DNA of 63,799 bases from a virus (IMGVR_UViG_3300020045_002007:1-63799); one strand, 5' to 3'. Counted from the stretch's first letter, positions 16,719-27,260 are shown. Program-made: numbers and translations. The notes: generated by a model not told the origin, from the letters alone.

Positions 16719-17696
16719 ATGAAACCCCTTGTAATTTACCACGCCAACTGTGCCGATGGGTTTGGTGCTGCGTTCGCAGCTTGGATGAAGTTGGGCGATG
16801 AGGCTGAATACGTACCAATGTTATATAATCAACACTTTCCGCCAATAGACTGTAATGATCGGGATATTTACATTCTAGACTTCAGCTTTGATCGTCAGCG
16901 TATGGACGTGCTGTTCAGCCGCGCAAAACGCGTCGTGTGGCTTGACCATCACAAAACAGCGTTTGAGATGTGGGTAGCCACGGGGTATTTGGATAAATAC
17001 TCCTCATTTACGAACTTATCCGAGCCGCATCACATCATCCTCGACAACAACAAATCCGGCGCGTACCTCGCGTGGGAATACTTCCACCCCGGCGAAGAGG
17101 TGCCGCTTTTCATTCGTCACATCGACGACTACGACCGGTGGCAGTTCAAGCTCGACGGCACGAAGGCGTTCAACAAGGCGCTGTGGAGCTATGCACCGTG
17201 GTCGTTCCCTCAATGGGTAGAATGGTTCTATGACTGCGAAGCTGTGTTCAACCACACCTATTGGGCAGATTTCTACACCGAAGGCGAAGCCATTCTCCGC
17301 GCCCACGAGCAGAACGTGCAGTCCGTGGTGAAGGGTTCGGCGAGAGCGTGCAAGTTGATCATCCCAGTAGACGCAAGGAACTTGGTTGCTTCGTACAATC
17401 AGCCGAACTGGATTTACGACCAAGACGCCCGGTATGCCACAGCCTCGGTTGAAGGACTCGCCGCCAACTGCCCACCCCACCTTACCTCGGATGTCGGTCA
17501 TGAACTTGCCACCAAATCAGGTACCTTCGGGCTATGCTGGACGCTTAGTCAAACAGGTCTTGTTGCGAAATGTTCGCTACGATCCAACGGTGAATATGAC
17601 GTATCTGCTATCGCCAAAGTCTTTGGGGGTGGTGGGCATCGTAATGCGGCTGGATTCGAAGTTGACATTCACACACTGCTAGGGTGGCTGAAATGA
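16719..17696 (+). CDS. DHH/DHHA1 phosphoesterase (NrnB-like)
   Basis: YHANCADG, ILDFS, LDHH, SLRS, GGGGHRNAAGF. Confidence 0.9.
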   Translation: MKPLVIYHANCADGFGAAFAAWMKLGDEAEYVPMLYNQHFPPIDCNDRDIYILDFSFDRQRMDVLFSRAKRVVWLDHHKTAFEMWVATGYLDKYSSFTNLSEPHHIILDNNKSGAYLAWEYFHPGEEVPLFIRHIDDYDRWQFKLDGTKAFNKALWSYAPWSFPQWVEWFYDCEAVFNHTYWADFYTEGEAILRAHEQNVQSVVKGSARACKLIIPVDARNLVASYNQPNWIYDQDARYATASVEGLAANCPPHLTSDVGHELATKSGTFGLCWTLSQTGLVAKCSLRSNGEYDVSAIAKVFGGGGHRNAAGFEVDIHTLLGWLK

Positions 17697-18190
17697 GCGT
17701 ACAAATTACTGTATCCGAATTTAGAGAACTAAAGAATCGGTTCATTTTTCAAGGCGGTAGTGAGTTTGGCAACTCTATCGCAGACACTATTGACAATCTA
17801 AAAGCCGAGGTCGAGCAGCTGAAGAAAGTAGCTTTATTCAAAGAAGAGTGCCGTGTAATTTCTGAATCCGAGCGTGATGCGCTGGCGTTGCAGAACAAGC
17901 AATTGCGGGAGGCGCTTGAAGTCGTGCACGCTCAGCTGATTGACGGGAAGATATTTACCCAACAAATGCACCAGCGCCCTTACTGGCGGTATTCCGTTTC
18001 TGACTGTCTCGCCCTCCCCGACCTCTCCACCGAGATCATCAAGCGGCATGACGCGGAACAAATAAGGCTGTGTATTCAGATGATTCAATCGGGCAATTTT
18101 CTTCACGACCAAGCCCCTGCCAAACTGTTCTCGAATGAGGTTTGCGCAAGGCTTGAACGTGAAGCACTAAAACTGGAGCAAACGAAATGA
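17693..18190 (+). CDS. hypothetical protein
   Basis: ATGA-coupled chain of ORFs. Confidence 0.7.
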   Translation: MSVQITVSEFRELKNRFIFQGGSEFGNSIADTIDNLKAEVEQLKKVALFKEECRVISESERDALALQNKQLREALEVVHAQLIDGKIFTQQMHQRPYWRYSVSDCLALPDLSTEIIKRHDAEQIRLCIQMIQSGNFLHDQAPAKLFSNEVCARLEREALKLEQTK

Positions 18191-18540
18191 CCGACCGTGG
18201 ATTGCTTGAGTTGGCGGCGAAGGCGGCGGGATACAACGCCAGATTTGTTATTGGCAAATACACCAAAGATGACCGTCTTGGCATGTTTTTGCTGAACTAC
18301 GGGACAAGCAATCAGCGCTCCTGGAACCCGCTCCAAGACGACGGCGATGCGCTCCGGCTGGCTGTGGAGCTAAATATGGACATTGAGATTGGCCGAACTT
18401 TTGTTAAAGCCACTTGGTACGACCTGATTAAGTCCGAGACACACACGACCGAACTGAGCTTCAGCTTTCCACAAGATAAAGAGAAGTGCGTCAAGCGTGC
18501 AATTGTCTTGGCTGCATCAGAAATAGGAGAAACGAAATGA
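18187..18540 (+). CDS. hypothetical protein (common phage family, WNPL.DDGDALRLAV)
   Basis: LLELAAKAAG...WNPLQDDGDALRLAV...RAIVLAA.EIG. Confidence 0.75.
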   Translation: MTDRGLLELAAKAAGYNARFVIGKYTKDDRLGMFLLNYGTSNQRSWNPLQDDGDALRLAVELNMDIEIGRTFVKATWYDLIKSETHTTELSFSFPQDKEKCVKRAIVLAASEIGETK

Positions 18541-18965
18541 CCGAACAAGAGAAAGAGATTGAACGGCTATCACTGGAAACTCGGGCGGCAATGGTTGAGT
18601 CGGGCGACTTTTGGATTAGCCCTAGAAAAGCGATTGAATTCGCCTCACGATTCCTCGCCGCAGTCGATGCGGAACGGGGGAAGGAGGCGGTGGCTTGGCT
18701 TTGTGAAATGCCGCAGTTCGATGGCCGGTTTCCGAATAAGCCAGAGCCTAGACTTAACCCCGTGGACGGATGGAAAAATACGCCGCTCTACCTCACCCCT
18801 CGCAAAGATGGGTGGCGGCTTGTGCCTGTTGAGCCGACTCTAGACATGGGGTGGGCGTATTTAGACGCCGCAAGGGAATCAAGCCCAGAGCATGACCATA
18901 TGTTCAACCATCCTGGCTACAAAGCCATGCTCGCAGCAGCACCTACACCGGAGGAAGGGAAATGA
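18537..18965 (+). CDS. hypothetical protein (VPVEPT...YKAMLAAAP domain)
   Basis: SD AGGAG; ATGA overlap. Confidence 0.75.
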   Translation: MTEQEKEIERLSLETRAAMVESGDFWISPRKAIEFASRFLAAVDAERGKEAVAWLCEMPQFDGRFPNKPEPRLNPVDGWKNTPLYLTPRKDGWRLVPVEPTLDMGWAYLDAARESSPEHDHMFNHPGYKAMLAAAPTPEEGK

Positions 18966-19720
18966 GCCTGACTGACGAACGGATTGATGAAATAATCAGT
19001 GAGAACAGTTGGTTTCCAGAGCCAGCTATGCGTAGATTGTGCCGAGCAATCGAAGCCGAAGCGACGAAGCCGCCGGAGCCTTTCTGTTGGGCGGTTCGAG
19101 GAACAATCCTAAAAAATGAAAATTGGATGCTGTTCTTCGATGGCGAACACCACATTGCGAAAGGATTCCTTGACGCTCGTTACAACGGAGAGCCTGCGTA
19201 TGAAGGCTTTGCCCTCTACACCAACCAGAAGCCCTGCCCGAAGTGCGAGTCGCACGCCGAAGAAATAACCCAGATGAACTTCCAGCTTGCAGCATGGAAA
19301 AACAAGAAGTTCGCCCGGTTCAATAATGAAGAATGCTGGCTTTGGCAGGGTGACGGTGAAGACAAGCTTGGCTCGCTAGTTTGCCCCGTAGTGATTAGCC
19401 CACGAGCGCTGTCCGAATTGACCGGCAAGTGCGCCGAGCTTGAGAAAGAAAACCACGACTGGCGCAACGGCGGGTACACAAGCCTCTGGAAACTGCGCAC
19501 TGAAGACCGGGATGCGATGATCGAATCCCAGCGCTGCGTGCTAGGCGCGTTGAGAGATCGGATTGTAAAAGCTGAAGCCAAGCTCGCCCGAGCAGAGACG
19601 GTGATTGCGGAGGCTGAGAAGGCGCTGGGCGTTTGCCACAGGAATACACAGCTATCCATTATTTTCGATGCTTGTGATGAAACGCTTGGCACCATTAAGC
19701 AATGGAAGGAATCGAAATGA
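18962..19720 (+). CDS. hypothetical mosaic protein
   Basis: SD GGAGG/AAGGG; ATGA overlap. Confidence 0.7.
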   Translation: MSLTDERIDEIISENSWFPEPAMRRLCRAIEAEATKPPEPFCWAVRGTILKNENWMLFFDGEHHIAKGFLDARYNGEPAYEGFALYTNQKPCPKCESHAEEITQMNFQLAAWKNKKFARFNNEECWLWQGDGEDKLGSLVCPVVISPRALSELTGKCAELEKENHDWRNGGYTSLWKLRTEDRDAMIESQRCVLGALRDRIVKAEAKLARAETVIAEAEKALGVCHRNTQLSIIFDACDETLGTIKQWKESK

Positions 19721-19866
19721 TGGAAGTATTCCTCGTGCTCATCTCTACGTTCATTATTGTGTTTTTGATTTACTACGCTTACGACATCCCAATCAACAGC
19801 AAGAAAGACGCGATGCGCTTCAGAGAATGGTGGAGTAAGCGCAACTCTTGGAAGGACTCAAAGTGA
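19717..19866 (+). CDS. 49-aa membrane protein (not in ORF track)
   Basis: MMEVFLVLISTFIIVFLIYYAY...; ATGA and GTGA overlaps; SD AAGGA. Confidence 0.65.
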   Translation: MMEVFLVLISTFIIVFLIYYAYDIPINSKKDAMRFREWWSKRNSWKDSK

Positions 19867-20072
19867 ACAAGTTACGTATCTCGCTCACCGAAAAAGACAC
19901 TACGATCAAAGGCTCCATTAAGCTGGAAGGCTCGACGTCTTTCATTCAATCATGCCTAGCTGAAGTGGTAAACAAAACAGCCCACGCCTATAAGTGTACG
20001 CCTGAGCGAGTGCTTCAGGATATCTGGTTCACCATTTGCAAAGAAAAAGAAGCCGATGAAAAACCAGCATAA
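19863..20072 (+). CDS. hypothetical protein
   Basis: GTG start with SD AAGGA, overlapping the previous stop. Confidence 0.65.
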   Translation: MNKLRISLTEKDTTIKGSIKLEGSTSFIQSCLAEVVNKTAHAYKCTPERVLQDIWFTICKEKEADEKPA

Positions 20073-20205
20073 TGAACCTAAACCCTCATTGATCACGTGC
20101 TCATGTTGTCGGGCTAAGAAACCCCGAGAGGAGTTTCCTAGCACCCTATTTCGCGTTTCGAGCAAATGCTACAAATGCTCTCCACTCATTGAAAGAAAAC
20201 CATGA
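20056..20205 (+). CDS. 49-aa zinc-finger protein (not in ORF track)
   Basis: CSCC...KPREEF...CYKC; ends at the convergent junction. Confidence 0.5.
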   Translation: MKNQHNEPKPSLITCSCCRAKKPREEFPSTLFRVSSKCYKCSPLIERKP

Positions 20206-22077
20206 CTACTTGGTGGCGGTCAATCGCCGCATACGTTCGTTCAAAGCTCCCTGGGGATATTGACCGAGGCCAAACGCGGCTCTCGGCAACACTCCCTGTG
20301 ACGGAGCCAATCGCTCGCGAAGCCCTTGAAGCCCTTTTTGCTGCAATGCTACCAAAGGAGATATGTGAGTCGGAGCAGATCCAGATAACACGTCCTCCGC
20401 TCCCATCAACCTGGCTGCCGTGTTCGATTCCGACAAACCCTTTAGCCCTGGAATCCGGCTGGCAACGGTTTCTGCCACCGCTACCGGGTGACCCGCTACT
20501 GTCCGAAATAATTGCGAGAGACCCCCTCGCGTTTCCGGAACTTGCATATCTCGCGACAGTGCCGTGGCCCGAACGTCGGGTAAGTTGCGAAGCACGTCCG
20601 TCATGTCCTGTCCACGACGAGTCATGGTCGGGTATAGACGGTCTACCATCGGGATGCCAGCGTTGCTTGTCGCAGCCGACAACCCCTCCTGTCCGGTCTT
20701 GAACCCTCGCGCCTGACTCATAGACTTACGAGCGATAGGGTTGTCCAACACGGTAGGCGCGACCACTTCACGATAGTATTTGGTAGCGTCTTTGTAAAGA
20801 TTCAAGGCTTCTTCATTTCCCGCGTGTTTAGCAGCCCAGGCTTCCGCATCGGAGTCTAGCGACGTTTTCAAATGCTGGAGATAATTCTTAGCTGCTCGGT
20901 TCTCGGATGGTATAGAAGTGCCCATCCGCTCTGCCGTTTCGATGCCCCTATTCAGCGTATTCAAGGCTTTGTTAGCCGCCGTGCGCATCGTGTGAAATTG
21001 ATCAAAACTTAGCGGCGACTGAGCAATCTGACTAGACTTCATCCCATGAAATGCGCTGATGTCTAATCCATATCGACTAAGTAGTTCCGACGCCACCGGA
21101 TACCCTGGGTCCCCTTGGCTAACTACTACTCGTGCCGTTCTGGCCGGTTGAAGCGCACCCAGGTTGTTCGCCGCGATATGTTCATCAACCGCTTTGTATT
21201 TCTCAGCACCTTGATTGATACGTTGCTGACCCGCTGCCGCCAATTCGTCTACGTAAGCGCGACCGACGTCCCGTACCTCGCCTTCGGGTAATTGAAGAGG
21301 CTTGTCGAGTACGTTACGCAGCGCTTTCGCTTGGCCTGTAACGCGTTCTCCGTACCCCGGTAAGGCTTGCTCAACCGAAGCCATAGGTGACGTCGGATAA
21401 AGCTGTCCGAGGCTAGTAGGCGGCAACCCGAGACGCTCACCCGCCGCTTTAGTACGCATGGCAATTTCGCCTTCGGGTGTGTAGCGTCCCATGCCGGCAC
21501 CCGCCGTCTTACCTAGACCTTGAACGCCCTTACCGATCACCCCTATCGTACCCGCACCAACTCCACCCTGATACGCCGAATTCAGTAGTTCACTGCCGAT
21601 ACCTTTAGGTGTCGTACTGCCTGGCTGAGCAAAGCTGAGCGCACCCTCTAAGGCCATCTGGGCGGGTATTCTAGCGGGAGCCGCTGCTGCCGTGACCGCT
21701 TGGCCCAGGAACCGACCGGCTTGAGCTTCAGGATTAGAAAACAGTTCTTTATTGAGGTCCGCACGCTCGGCACGGTCGGCTTGAATCTTAGCCAATAGGT
21801 CAGCACCTTCTACGCCTTCCGGCGCAAAAGCCATCTGACCTTTTTCTTTGAGCCCTTGATACATTTCATTCAAGTTGGAGCCGATGCCCGCCAGTCCGAG
21901 CTGAACTGGGTTCATCCCCATTGAAGCGTCGGCCTTGATCGGTTGTCCCTGCGCTAATTTACCGACGGCCGAGACTACGGGACCGACTACGGGATTGAGC
22001 GCCGCTTCCGGGCGGATACCTTCGATGATACGATCAAGCTCTTCATCGCTCATTTCACTATAATTCGGATCAGCCAT
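20206..22077 (-). CDS. putative internal virion/DNA ejection protein
   Basis: Ala/Gly-rich, helical, last gene of the virion operon; MSDEEL N-terminal motif. Confidence 0.65.
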   Translation of the reverse strand: MADPNYSEMSDEELDRIIEGIRPEAALNPVVGPVVSAVGKLAQGQPIKADASMGMNPVQLGLAGIGSNLNEMYQGLKEKGQMAFAPEGVEGADLLAKIQADRAERADLNKELFSNPEAQAGRFLGQAVTAAAAPARIPAQMALEGALSFAQPGSTTPKGIGSELLNSAYQGGVGAGTIGVIGKGVQGLGKTAGAGMGRYTPEGEIAMRTKAAGERLGLPPTSLGQLYPTSPMASVEQALPGYGERVTGQAKALRNVLDKPLQLPEGEVRDVGRAYVDELAAAGQQRINQGAEKYKAVDEHIAANNLGALQPARTARVVVSQGDPGYPVASELLSRYGLDISAFHGMKSSQIAQSPLSFDQFHTMRTAANKALNTLNRGIETAERMGTSIPSENRAAKNYLQHLKTSLDSDAEAWAAKHAGNEEALNLYKDATKYYREVVAPTVLDNPIARKSMSQARGFKTGQEGLSAATSNAGIPMVDRLYPTMTRRGQDMTDVLRNLPDVRATALSRDMQVPETRGGLSQLFRTVAGHPVAVAETVASRIPGLKGLSESNTAARLMGAEDVLSGSAPTHISPLVALQQKGLQGLRERLAPSQGVLPRAAFGLGQYPQGALNERMRRLTATK

Positions 22078-23690
22078 TATTTAGCCCCTTGAAAACGCGC
22101 TGCGATCTGAGTATTGAGTTGTGCCAGTTTCGCCATTTCTTCCTTCATCAAGCGTTGCTTACGCTGATTCCATTCTGGAGGAATGATACCTCTATTCTCG
22201 GTCGCCATTTTATTAGCTTCTTCCGCAAACCGCATACGCGTCTTAGTCATGTTTTGCATCAGATCAATTAGAGCCGAACGACCTTCGGCGGTCCCTTCAA
22301 GACCAGGTACGAGACCGCGCAAGATCTTCTGTTCGAAGTCCGACATTGCACCCGGCATCAGGTTCTTGCCTTCTGCCGTACGCGAAAGCAGAGCCATCTT
22401 ACCGCTGATAGACGAAGCTAAGTCCGCCGCGCCGACTTCCGGACCGACGTCAATACCGATCGTCTTCAGGCCTGAGCGAATACCTTGAAGCTCTTTAGCC
22501 ATTTGGCCTTCAGGCATGTTCGGTGTCTGATACAGCTTTTTCAGCATGTCAAGTTGACCAGACAACTGACTAGCGCTCTCGGCGGCGATATTCAAGTCTT
22601 GTTGTTCTTTTTCAAGACTAGTGCCCGCTTTTTTGGCAGTTTCCTCTTCCATCGCCCGTTTCGGCTTGTCCAAATACTTTAGGGTGGGGGCCGGAGCCGC
22701 TTCTGCCGCCGGAGCGATTGCACCCGGTTGAGTGCGTTCGTCATACTTAGAAAGCAGCGTCTGAAGAGTTCGCGTATCATTCTGAGCCGCGTTCGGATTT
22801 GCGTTGATTCTAGCCACCAGACGGGTAACGGTTGCCTTGTCTTCCGGAGAGAGCGTCTTGGCCAGGCTCGGAGCGATATCTACCGTGCCCTCTCCGCCTT
22901 CTTTCGGACCGATACGCTCAGCTGGGAGAGCCTCCGTAACGGGAGATGTAACCGCCGACTTCACGCCAGGGATTGCATTCGCTTCTCCCTTTACCGTCGT
23001 GCCGCCGAATTCCTTCAGCATCTTTTCCGTCTGAGCGAGCGCGTAGGCTTCCGGGTCTGGAAGTTCTGCGGACACGGCCTTAGTGTAGAACGTTTGAAAC
23101 ATACGAGCCTTGAGTTCATCCTGAGAACCGCTCAGAACTTCGGTAGCGTAGCTCTGAGTTACTGGATCCCATTTAGCGGCGACGAGTTTCCCATTAACCA
23201 CTTTAATCGTCGGCGTAGCAGCCTTAGCTCCACCACCCATCGCTTTGATTAGAGAGGCGTTCTGATCTTTCGATTCCAGAGCACGAACTTCGTCCTGACG
23301 CATCTTCGTGAGCGAGGCCTGATTCTTCAAGTCGTTTTGTTGCTGAGCCTCCTGTCCGGCTCCGTACGCGCCGCCAACTTGGCCGATCATCGCACCGATA
23401 TTACCCCAGGTGGGAGCAACTTGAGACGCGGCCCGAGCCATACCGCCCCAGGTAGCCGCTTCGTTAGCGTCTGGTGATCGGCTCTGCTCTACCATCTGAG
23501 CATAGCGTTCCATATCTTGATTGTAAGCGGCTTGCTGTTGCTCAAGATAGCTTTGCTTTTGCTGTGATCCCGCGAGCAAGTTCTTGAACATGTCACCAAT
23601 AGCCGAGTTGCCGCCCGATGCCGAAGGCACCATAGCTTCAGCCGGGTTAGTGACCTGAGACAGGGCACCTTGATTCATAACGTCAGCCAT
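22077..23690 (-). CDS. putative internal virion/DNA ejection protein
   Basis: Q/A-rich helical; GAMSDFE...L..LVPGL motif typical of ejection proteins. Confidence 0.65.
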   Translation of the reverse strand: MADVMNQGALSQVTNPAEAMVPSASGGNSAIGDMFKNLLAGSQQKQSYLEQQQAAYNQDMERYAQMVEQSRSPDANEAATWGGMARAASQVAPTWGNIGAMIGQVGGAYGAGQEAQQQNDLKNQASLTKMRQDEVRALESKDQNASLIKAMGGGAKAATPTIKVVNGKLVAAKWDPVTQSYATEVLSGSQDELKARMFQTFYTKAVSAELPDPEAYALAQTEKMLKEFGGTTVKGEANAIPGVKSAVTSPVTEALPAERIGPKEGGEGTVDIAPSLAKTLSPEDKATVTRLVARINANPNAAQNDTRTLQTLLSKYDERTQPGAIAPAAEAAPAPTLKYLDKPKRAMEEETAKKAGTSLEKEQQDLNIAAESASQLSGQLDMLKKLYQTPNMPEGQMAKELQGIRSGLKTIGIDVGPEVGAADLASSISGKMALLSRTAEGKNLMPGAMSDFEQKILRGLVPGLEGTAEGRSALIDLMQNMTKTRMRFAEEANKMATENRGIIPPEWNQRKQRLMKEEMAKLAQLNTQIAARFQGAK

Positions 23691-23699
23691 GTTGATTCC

Positions 23700-24587
23700 T
23701 TATTTAGTCGCGGTGGTAGCCAGAGTACGTGCTCCCAAGAAGCCTTGAGCCGCTGCCGCCAACGGAGACATCTGAGCCGTCGTCGCGCCTGGATTGCTAA
23801 CTGCCGAATAGCTCGTCGTGTTCGTCGGCTGACCGCGAATAATATCAGACAGGAAGGACAGTTGCGTCTTCGGATAGTTCAGCTGATTCGTGTAATCCGT
23901 CTGAGCCAAATTCATGTTCTGTTGCTGTTGCGCTTGCTGCGTCTGCCCAACGGTTTCCAACGCGCCAGCCTGTTGCAGCCCCAGTTGCTGCGTCGTCTGA
24001 GCCAGCGACTGCTGACGTTGCAAATCCGCCAAGGCCGCGTTCTGAGCCTGCGTATATCCGGCTTGCAGCGCGGTTGATTGCTGACCTAGAATAGACTCAT
24101 TCGCATCACGAACGGCGTTGTTAGTAAAATCGGCATTCCGAGTTGAACCGAACTGACCTGCGCCGGTGAAAGTGCTGTTCACCTGAGGGAGTAGGTTTTC
24201 ACTCAAGTTACGCTGACCGAGCTGAGCGATGCGATTGACTACGGAGTCCGTATACGGGCTCATGTACGAGCCGACGGCCTGAGGTAGCGTCTGGCTGGCG
24301 AGATTCAAAGCGGGTTGGTAATTACCCTGGCTATTGACGATCTGTTGCTGAGCCTGTTGCTGAGCCGGAGTGAAACCCGCAATACGTCCGGCATCTTGAC
24401 CATAGGTTTCCGCGTTAGTCGGAGCCGTGTAAGGCTGATACGCTTCTCCCGCTACTGCCGTAGCCTGGCCGGCAAGCCCACGGGTATATTCCTGAAGCCA
24501 TGCGGGGAGTTGCGCGCCCGTATCGGTCAGAGTGCCCGTTACCGAAGCGGGTGTCGTGTTGCCGAACAGGTAGGAATTATCAGCCAT
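23700..24587 (-). CDS. putative internal virion (pilot/ejection) protein
   Basis: Q-rich; YMSPYTDSV, GAGQFGSTR, YPKTQLSFL motifs. Confidence 0.65.
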   Translation of the reverse strand: MADNSYLFGNTTPASVTGTLTDTGAQLPAWLQEYTRGLAGQATAVAGEAYQPYTAPTNAETYGQDAGRIAGFTPAQQQAQQQIVNSQGNYQPALNLASQTLPQAVGSYMSPYTDSVVNRIAQLGQRNLSENLLPQVNSTFTGAGQFGSTRNADFTNNAVRDANESILGQQSTALQAGYTQAQNAALADLQRQQSLAQTTQQLGLQQAGALETVGQTQQAQQQQNMNLAQTDYTNQLNYPKTQLSFLSDIIRGQPTNTTSYSAVSNPGATTAQMSPLAAAAQGFLGARTLATTATK

Positions 24588-25705
24588 TATTTTGCTCCCT
24601 TAGTCTTCATATACTCAAGTGGGGATTTAGCCTTGGGAGGAATCTTGTTCTTAGGGGCTGACCGTTTGTGCGTACGTACTTTCTCGCGCATCTGGTCTAG
24701 AACCGCCGCGCCTGCGTCATTATTACCGTCCCCGAGCGCCGAGACGACGTCCGCGTCCATCACGTATTCGCCGTCTGACACCTTTGCATTGACGGTGTCT
24801 GCTTGACCCGACGCGCCACCTCTAACGTACCCGAGAGCGCCACCTTCGCAGAAGCCGAGGAAGTTCTTTTTCTTGGCAGGCTGCAACCGCTTAAGAGCAT
24901 TCGCGAGAGCCTCCGCTTCAAGCCTTGCGGTCTCAGCAGCATAGGCGTCAGCTTCAGAACCTCTTGACGGAGCACGTTCAGTCGCGGAAACCTGAGGCGC
25001 GTCTTCCGATTCACGCAACATTTTTTCAATATCCCGACCCTGCGCGTATTTACGTAGGTTACTCAAACCTCCAGTACTGCCGCCTTCAGCGAAATACGAG
25101 GGGAGTTGATTATTGGTGAAGAAGGCTGATTCACCGCGTCTTGCGGTCGGGGTTGCCGCTGTACGCGGGTTAGCCAGTCGAAGAGGTGCGTTGTAAACAC
25201 TTGCCGCCGCTTGCCGAGCCGCTAGCTCTTCAGCTTGTTTCCGCTGGGCTTCTTTCAGCAGTTTGTTTTGCTTCATAGCGCCGAGTGCTGAAATTCCCGC
25301 GCCGCCTAGTCCGGCCAGGAGCTTACCGCCAGGAGACCCCATGAAAGAGCCAGCTTGCTGGAGATAGCTATTAGCCTGATCGAGGTAGCTAGGCTCGGAT
25401 ATGGGAGAGCTGGTATAGCTACTCGGATTACCGATACCCAGCCCTTGATATCCGCCTTGATCATACATCGACGTGTCCTGAAAACTCGGGATTTCGTCGT
25501 ACGCGGAGGCCGGGTTCCAAGAGCTTTCTCCGAACGCTTGCACCGGATTCCAGTCCGTATTATCGAACATCGAATATGCTGAATCCCCCAGCGAAGAAAA
25601 GTCCGTGTAAGCCTGGACTGGCGACCAATTATCCGTAGCCGTCTCCCATATGTCTACGGGGTCGTAATCAAAGTTCATTCCAGACAAATCGAAATCTTCA
25701 AACAT
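24587..25705 (-). CDS. putative internal virion protein with C-terminal (S)DGE.V domain
   Basis: FAEGG/FCEGG motifs; GQADTVNAKVSDGEYVMDADVVSALGDG...AGA..LDQMRE. Confidence 0.65.
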   Translation of the reverse strand: MFEDFDLSGMNFDYDPVDIWETATDNWSPVQAYTDFSSLGDSAYSMFDNTDWNPVQAFGESSWNPASAYDEIPSFQDTSMYDQGGYQGLGIGNPSSYTSSPISEPSYLDQANSYLQQAGSFMGSPGGKLLAGLGGAGISALGAMKQNKLLKEAQRKQAEELAARQAAASVYNAPLRLANPRTAATPTARRGESAFFTNNQLPSYFAEGGSTGGLSNLRKYAQGRDIEKMLRESEDAPQVSATERAPSRGSEADAYAAETARLEAEALANALKRLQPAKKKNFLGFCEGGALGYVRGGASGQADTVNAKVSDGEYVMDADVVSALGDGNNDAGAAVLDQMREKVRTHKRSAPKNKIPPKAKSPLEYMKTKGAK

Positions 25706-25715
25706 AATATACTCC

Positions 25716-27260
25716 TTAGGACCTGTTGTCGCCGGGTTCGGTATGAATTATAACCTTTCCAGCCTCATAAAACCCGTTTAGCACATTGCTTTCAAATTTT
25801 AAAAGTATGTGCCGCCGCTGTTCCCGCATGTCTACCTTACCCGTTGAAGACGTAAACGTATACGACGTTATGGGTTCCATAGGCGCTTGTGCAAATTCAT
25901 AGCCGATTACCGACACCGTCATATCCCCGGTCTGAATAAAATCAGGCTCAACTCGCGTAAGCCGTGTCCATTTACTAACGCCCTGAGGGCTATCACCGAC
26001 GCCGCCCGTAGGATAGCCGAAGTTCTGCGTGGTGAAATAGCTCTCAATCGCGTTTTCATTATCCCCGAGAACGGCGTTGTACCCAAACTCGTGTTGATAC
26101 AATCCGTACTTACCCGAGGGCTCTTTTTCTGAACCCGCCCAGACCGGATACTGAACAATTTGTGAGTAGAAACCCGCAGCCCGAGAGATAGAATTATCGT
26201 ACCACGTTTTCAATCTCGTATTGAACACGATTGTCGCATTACATTCCGTCGAATCCCCGCGAGGATAATGCCAAATGATCTCCCCGAAGCGAGGTATCTT
26301 AGTCGCCCAGATCTTCTGGCGTTGAGCATAATTCAGGTTATCAAAGAACCAGTTTTGATTCAAATCATTTTGCAACTCTTTTACCGAGCTGTCGAAATAC
26401 AAAAACCTATCCACGCCTATCCAAAAATAGATACCGTCATATTCAATGACGCTGTTCTGCGCGAGGATACTCGATTGAGTAGAGAGGGTAGAGAAGCGCC
26501 AGATAGCTTGACCACCGACGTAATCCATGCGAATGACTGAATCAAGCGACCAGAGGATAGCTGCCGTTTGCCCGGCTCGCAGTGGGAGACCCGCGACGAT
26601 CTTAGCGCCGGTTACTCTGTCCGCACCCGCGTCGCCGGGGATAGTACTCGTGCTCCACACTTGCGGTTGATTAGCGTCCGACCAAGCGACCAAACCGTCT
26701 GAACCGTAGGCAATCGTATACGGAGCTACTGAAAATACGCCGCCCGACACTGCCGGAGCGTCCGTGATCGTCGCAAATACGGAGGTAGCCGAGTTAGCCA
26801 TCGCCCAGTAAGGCTTAGTGGCCCGATCGTCGTCAATACTCCGCAAAGCCTGATTGCAATGCGCCACGATGATCGTACCCTGCGTTCCTACCGCTTCATC
26901 ATACTGGGTATCAGCGGTCCAGAGGTTGTCCACGTCATCTACAAAACCTACGGGGGTTCGGTCGTGAATATCATTCCCGACGACGTTGTTATCAACTAGG
27001 AGCGTTTCGATATTGGCTTGAGAAAAACAGAGGCATGAGTTCAGGTCTTTACGTGACCAGAGAAGGAACTTACGTATCGGTCCGGACAGCTGATCGGTTA
27101 CGCGGCGATACCCGCCCATCTTTTTGGCCTTACCGCGCTGAAACCGAACCCATTGGCCGTCGGAGCAATACTCGCCTTCCAATAGGGTTCCGTCGCGCTT
27201 GATGCCGGGTTGAGGCAGCAGCGTGAATACCATTTCATCCGCGTTTTGATTATCAGCCAT
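25716..27260 (-). CDS. tail tubular/hub (nozzle) protein, beta-propeller, podovirus type
   Basis: PGIKRDGT...DGQWVRFQRG..KKMGG; beta-rich; position after tail fibre. Confidence 0.7.
   Translation of the reverse strand: MADNQNADEMVFTLLPQPGIKRDGTLLEGEYCSDGQWVRFQRGKAKKMGGYRRVTDQLSGPIRKFLLWSRKDLNSCLCFSQANIETLLVDNNVVGNDIHDRTPVGFVDDVDNLWTADTQYDEAVGTQGTIIVAHCNQALRSIDDDRATKPYWAMANSATSVFATITDAPAVSGGVFSVAPYTIAYGSDGLVAWSDANQPQVWSTSTIPGDAGADRVTGAKIVAGLPLRAGQTAAILWSLDSVIRMDYVGGQAIWRFSTLSTQSSILAQNSVIEYDGIYFWIGVDRFLYFDSSVKELQNDLNQNWFFDNLNYAQRQKIWATKIPRFGEIIWHYPRGDSTECNATIVFNTRLKTWYDNSISRAAGFYSQIVQYPVWAGSEKEPSGKYGLYQHEFGYNAVLGDNENAIESYFTTQNFGYPTGGVGDSPQGVSKWTRLTRVEPDFIQTGDMTVSVIGYEFAQAPMEPITSYTFTSSTGKVDMREQRRHILLKFESNVLNGFYEAGKVIIHTEPGDNRS

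Noticed and set aside
20202-20702. 166-aa plus-strand ORF coupled to the last early gene
   Set aside because: Lies fully antisense within a large virion gene; Pro/Ser-rich shadow composition
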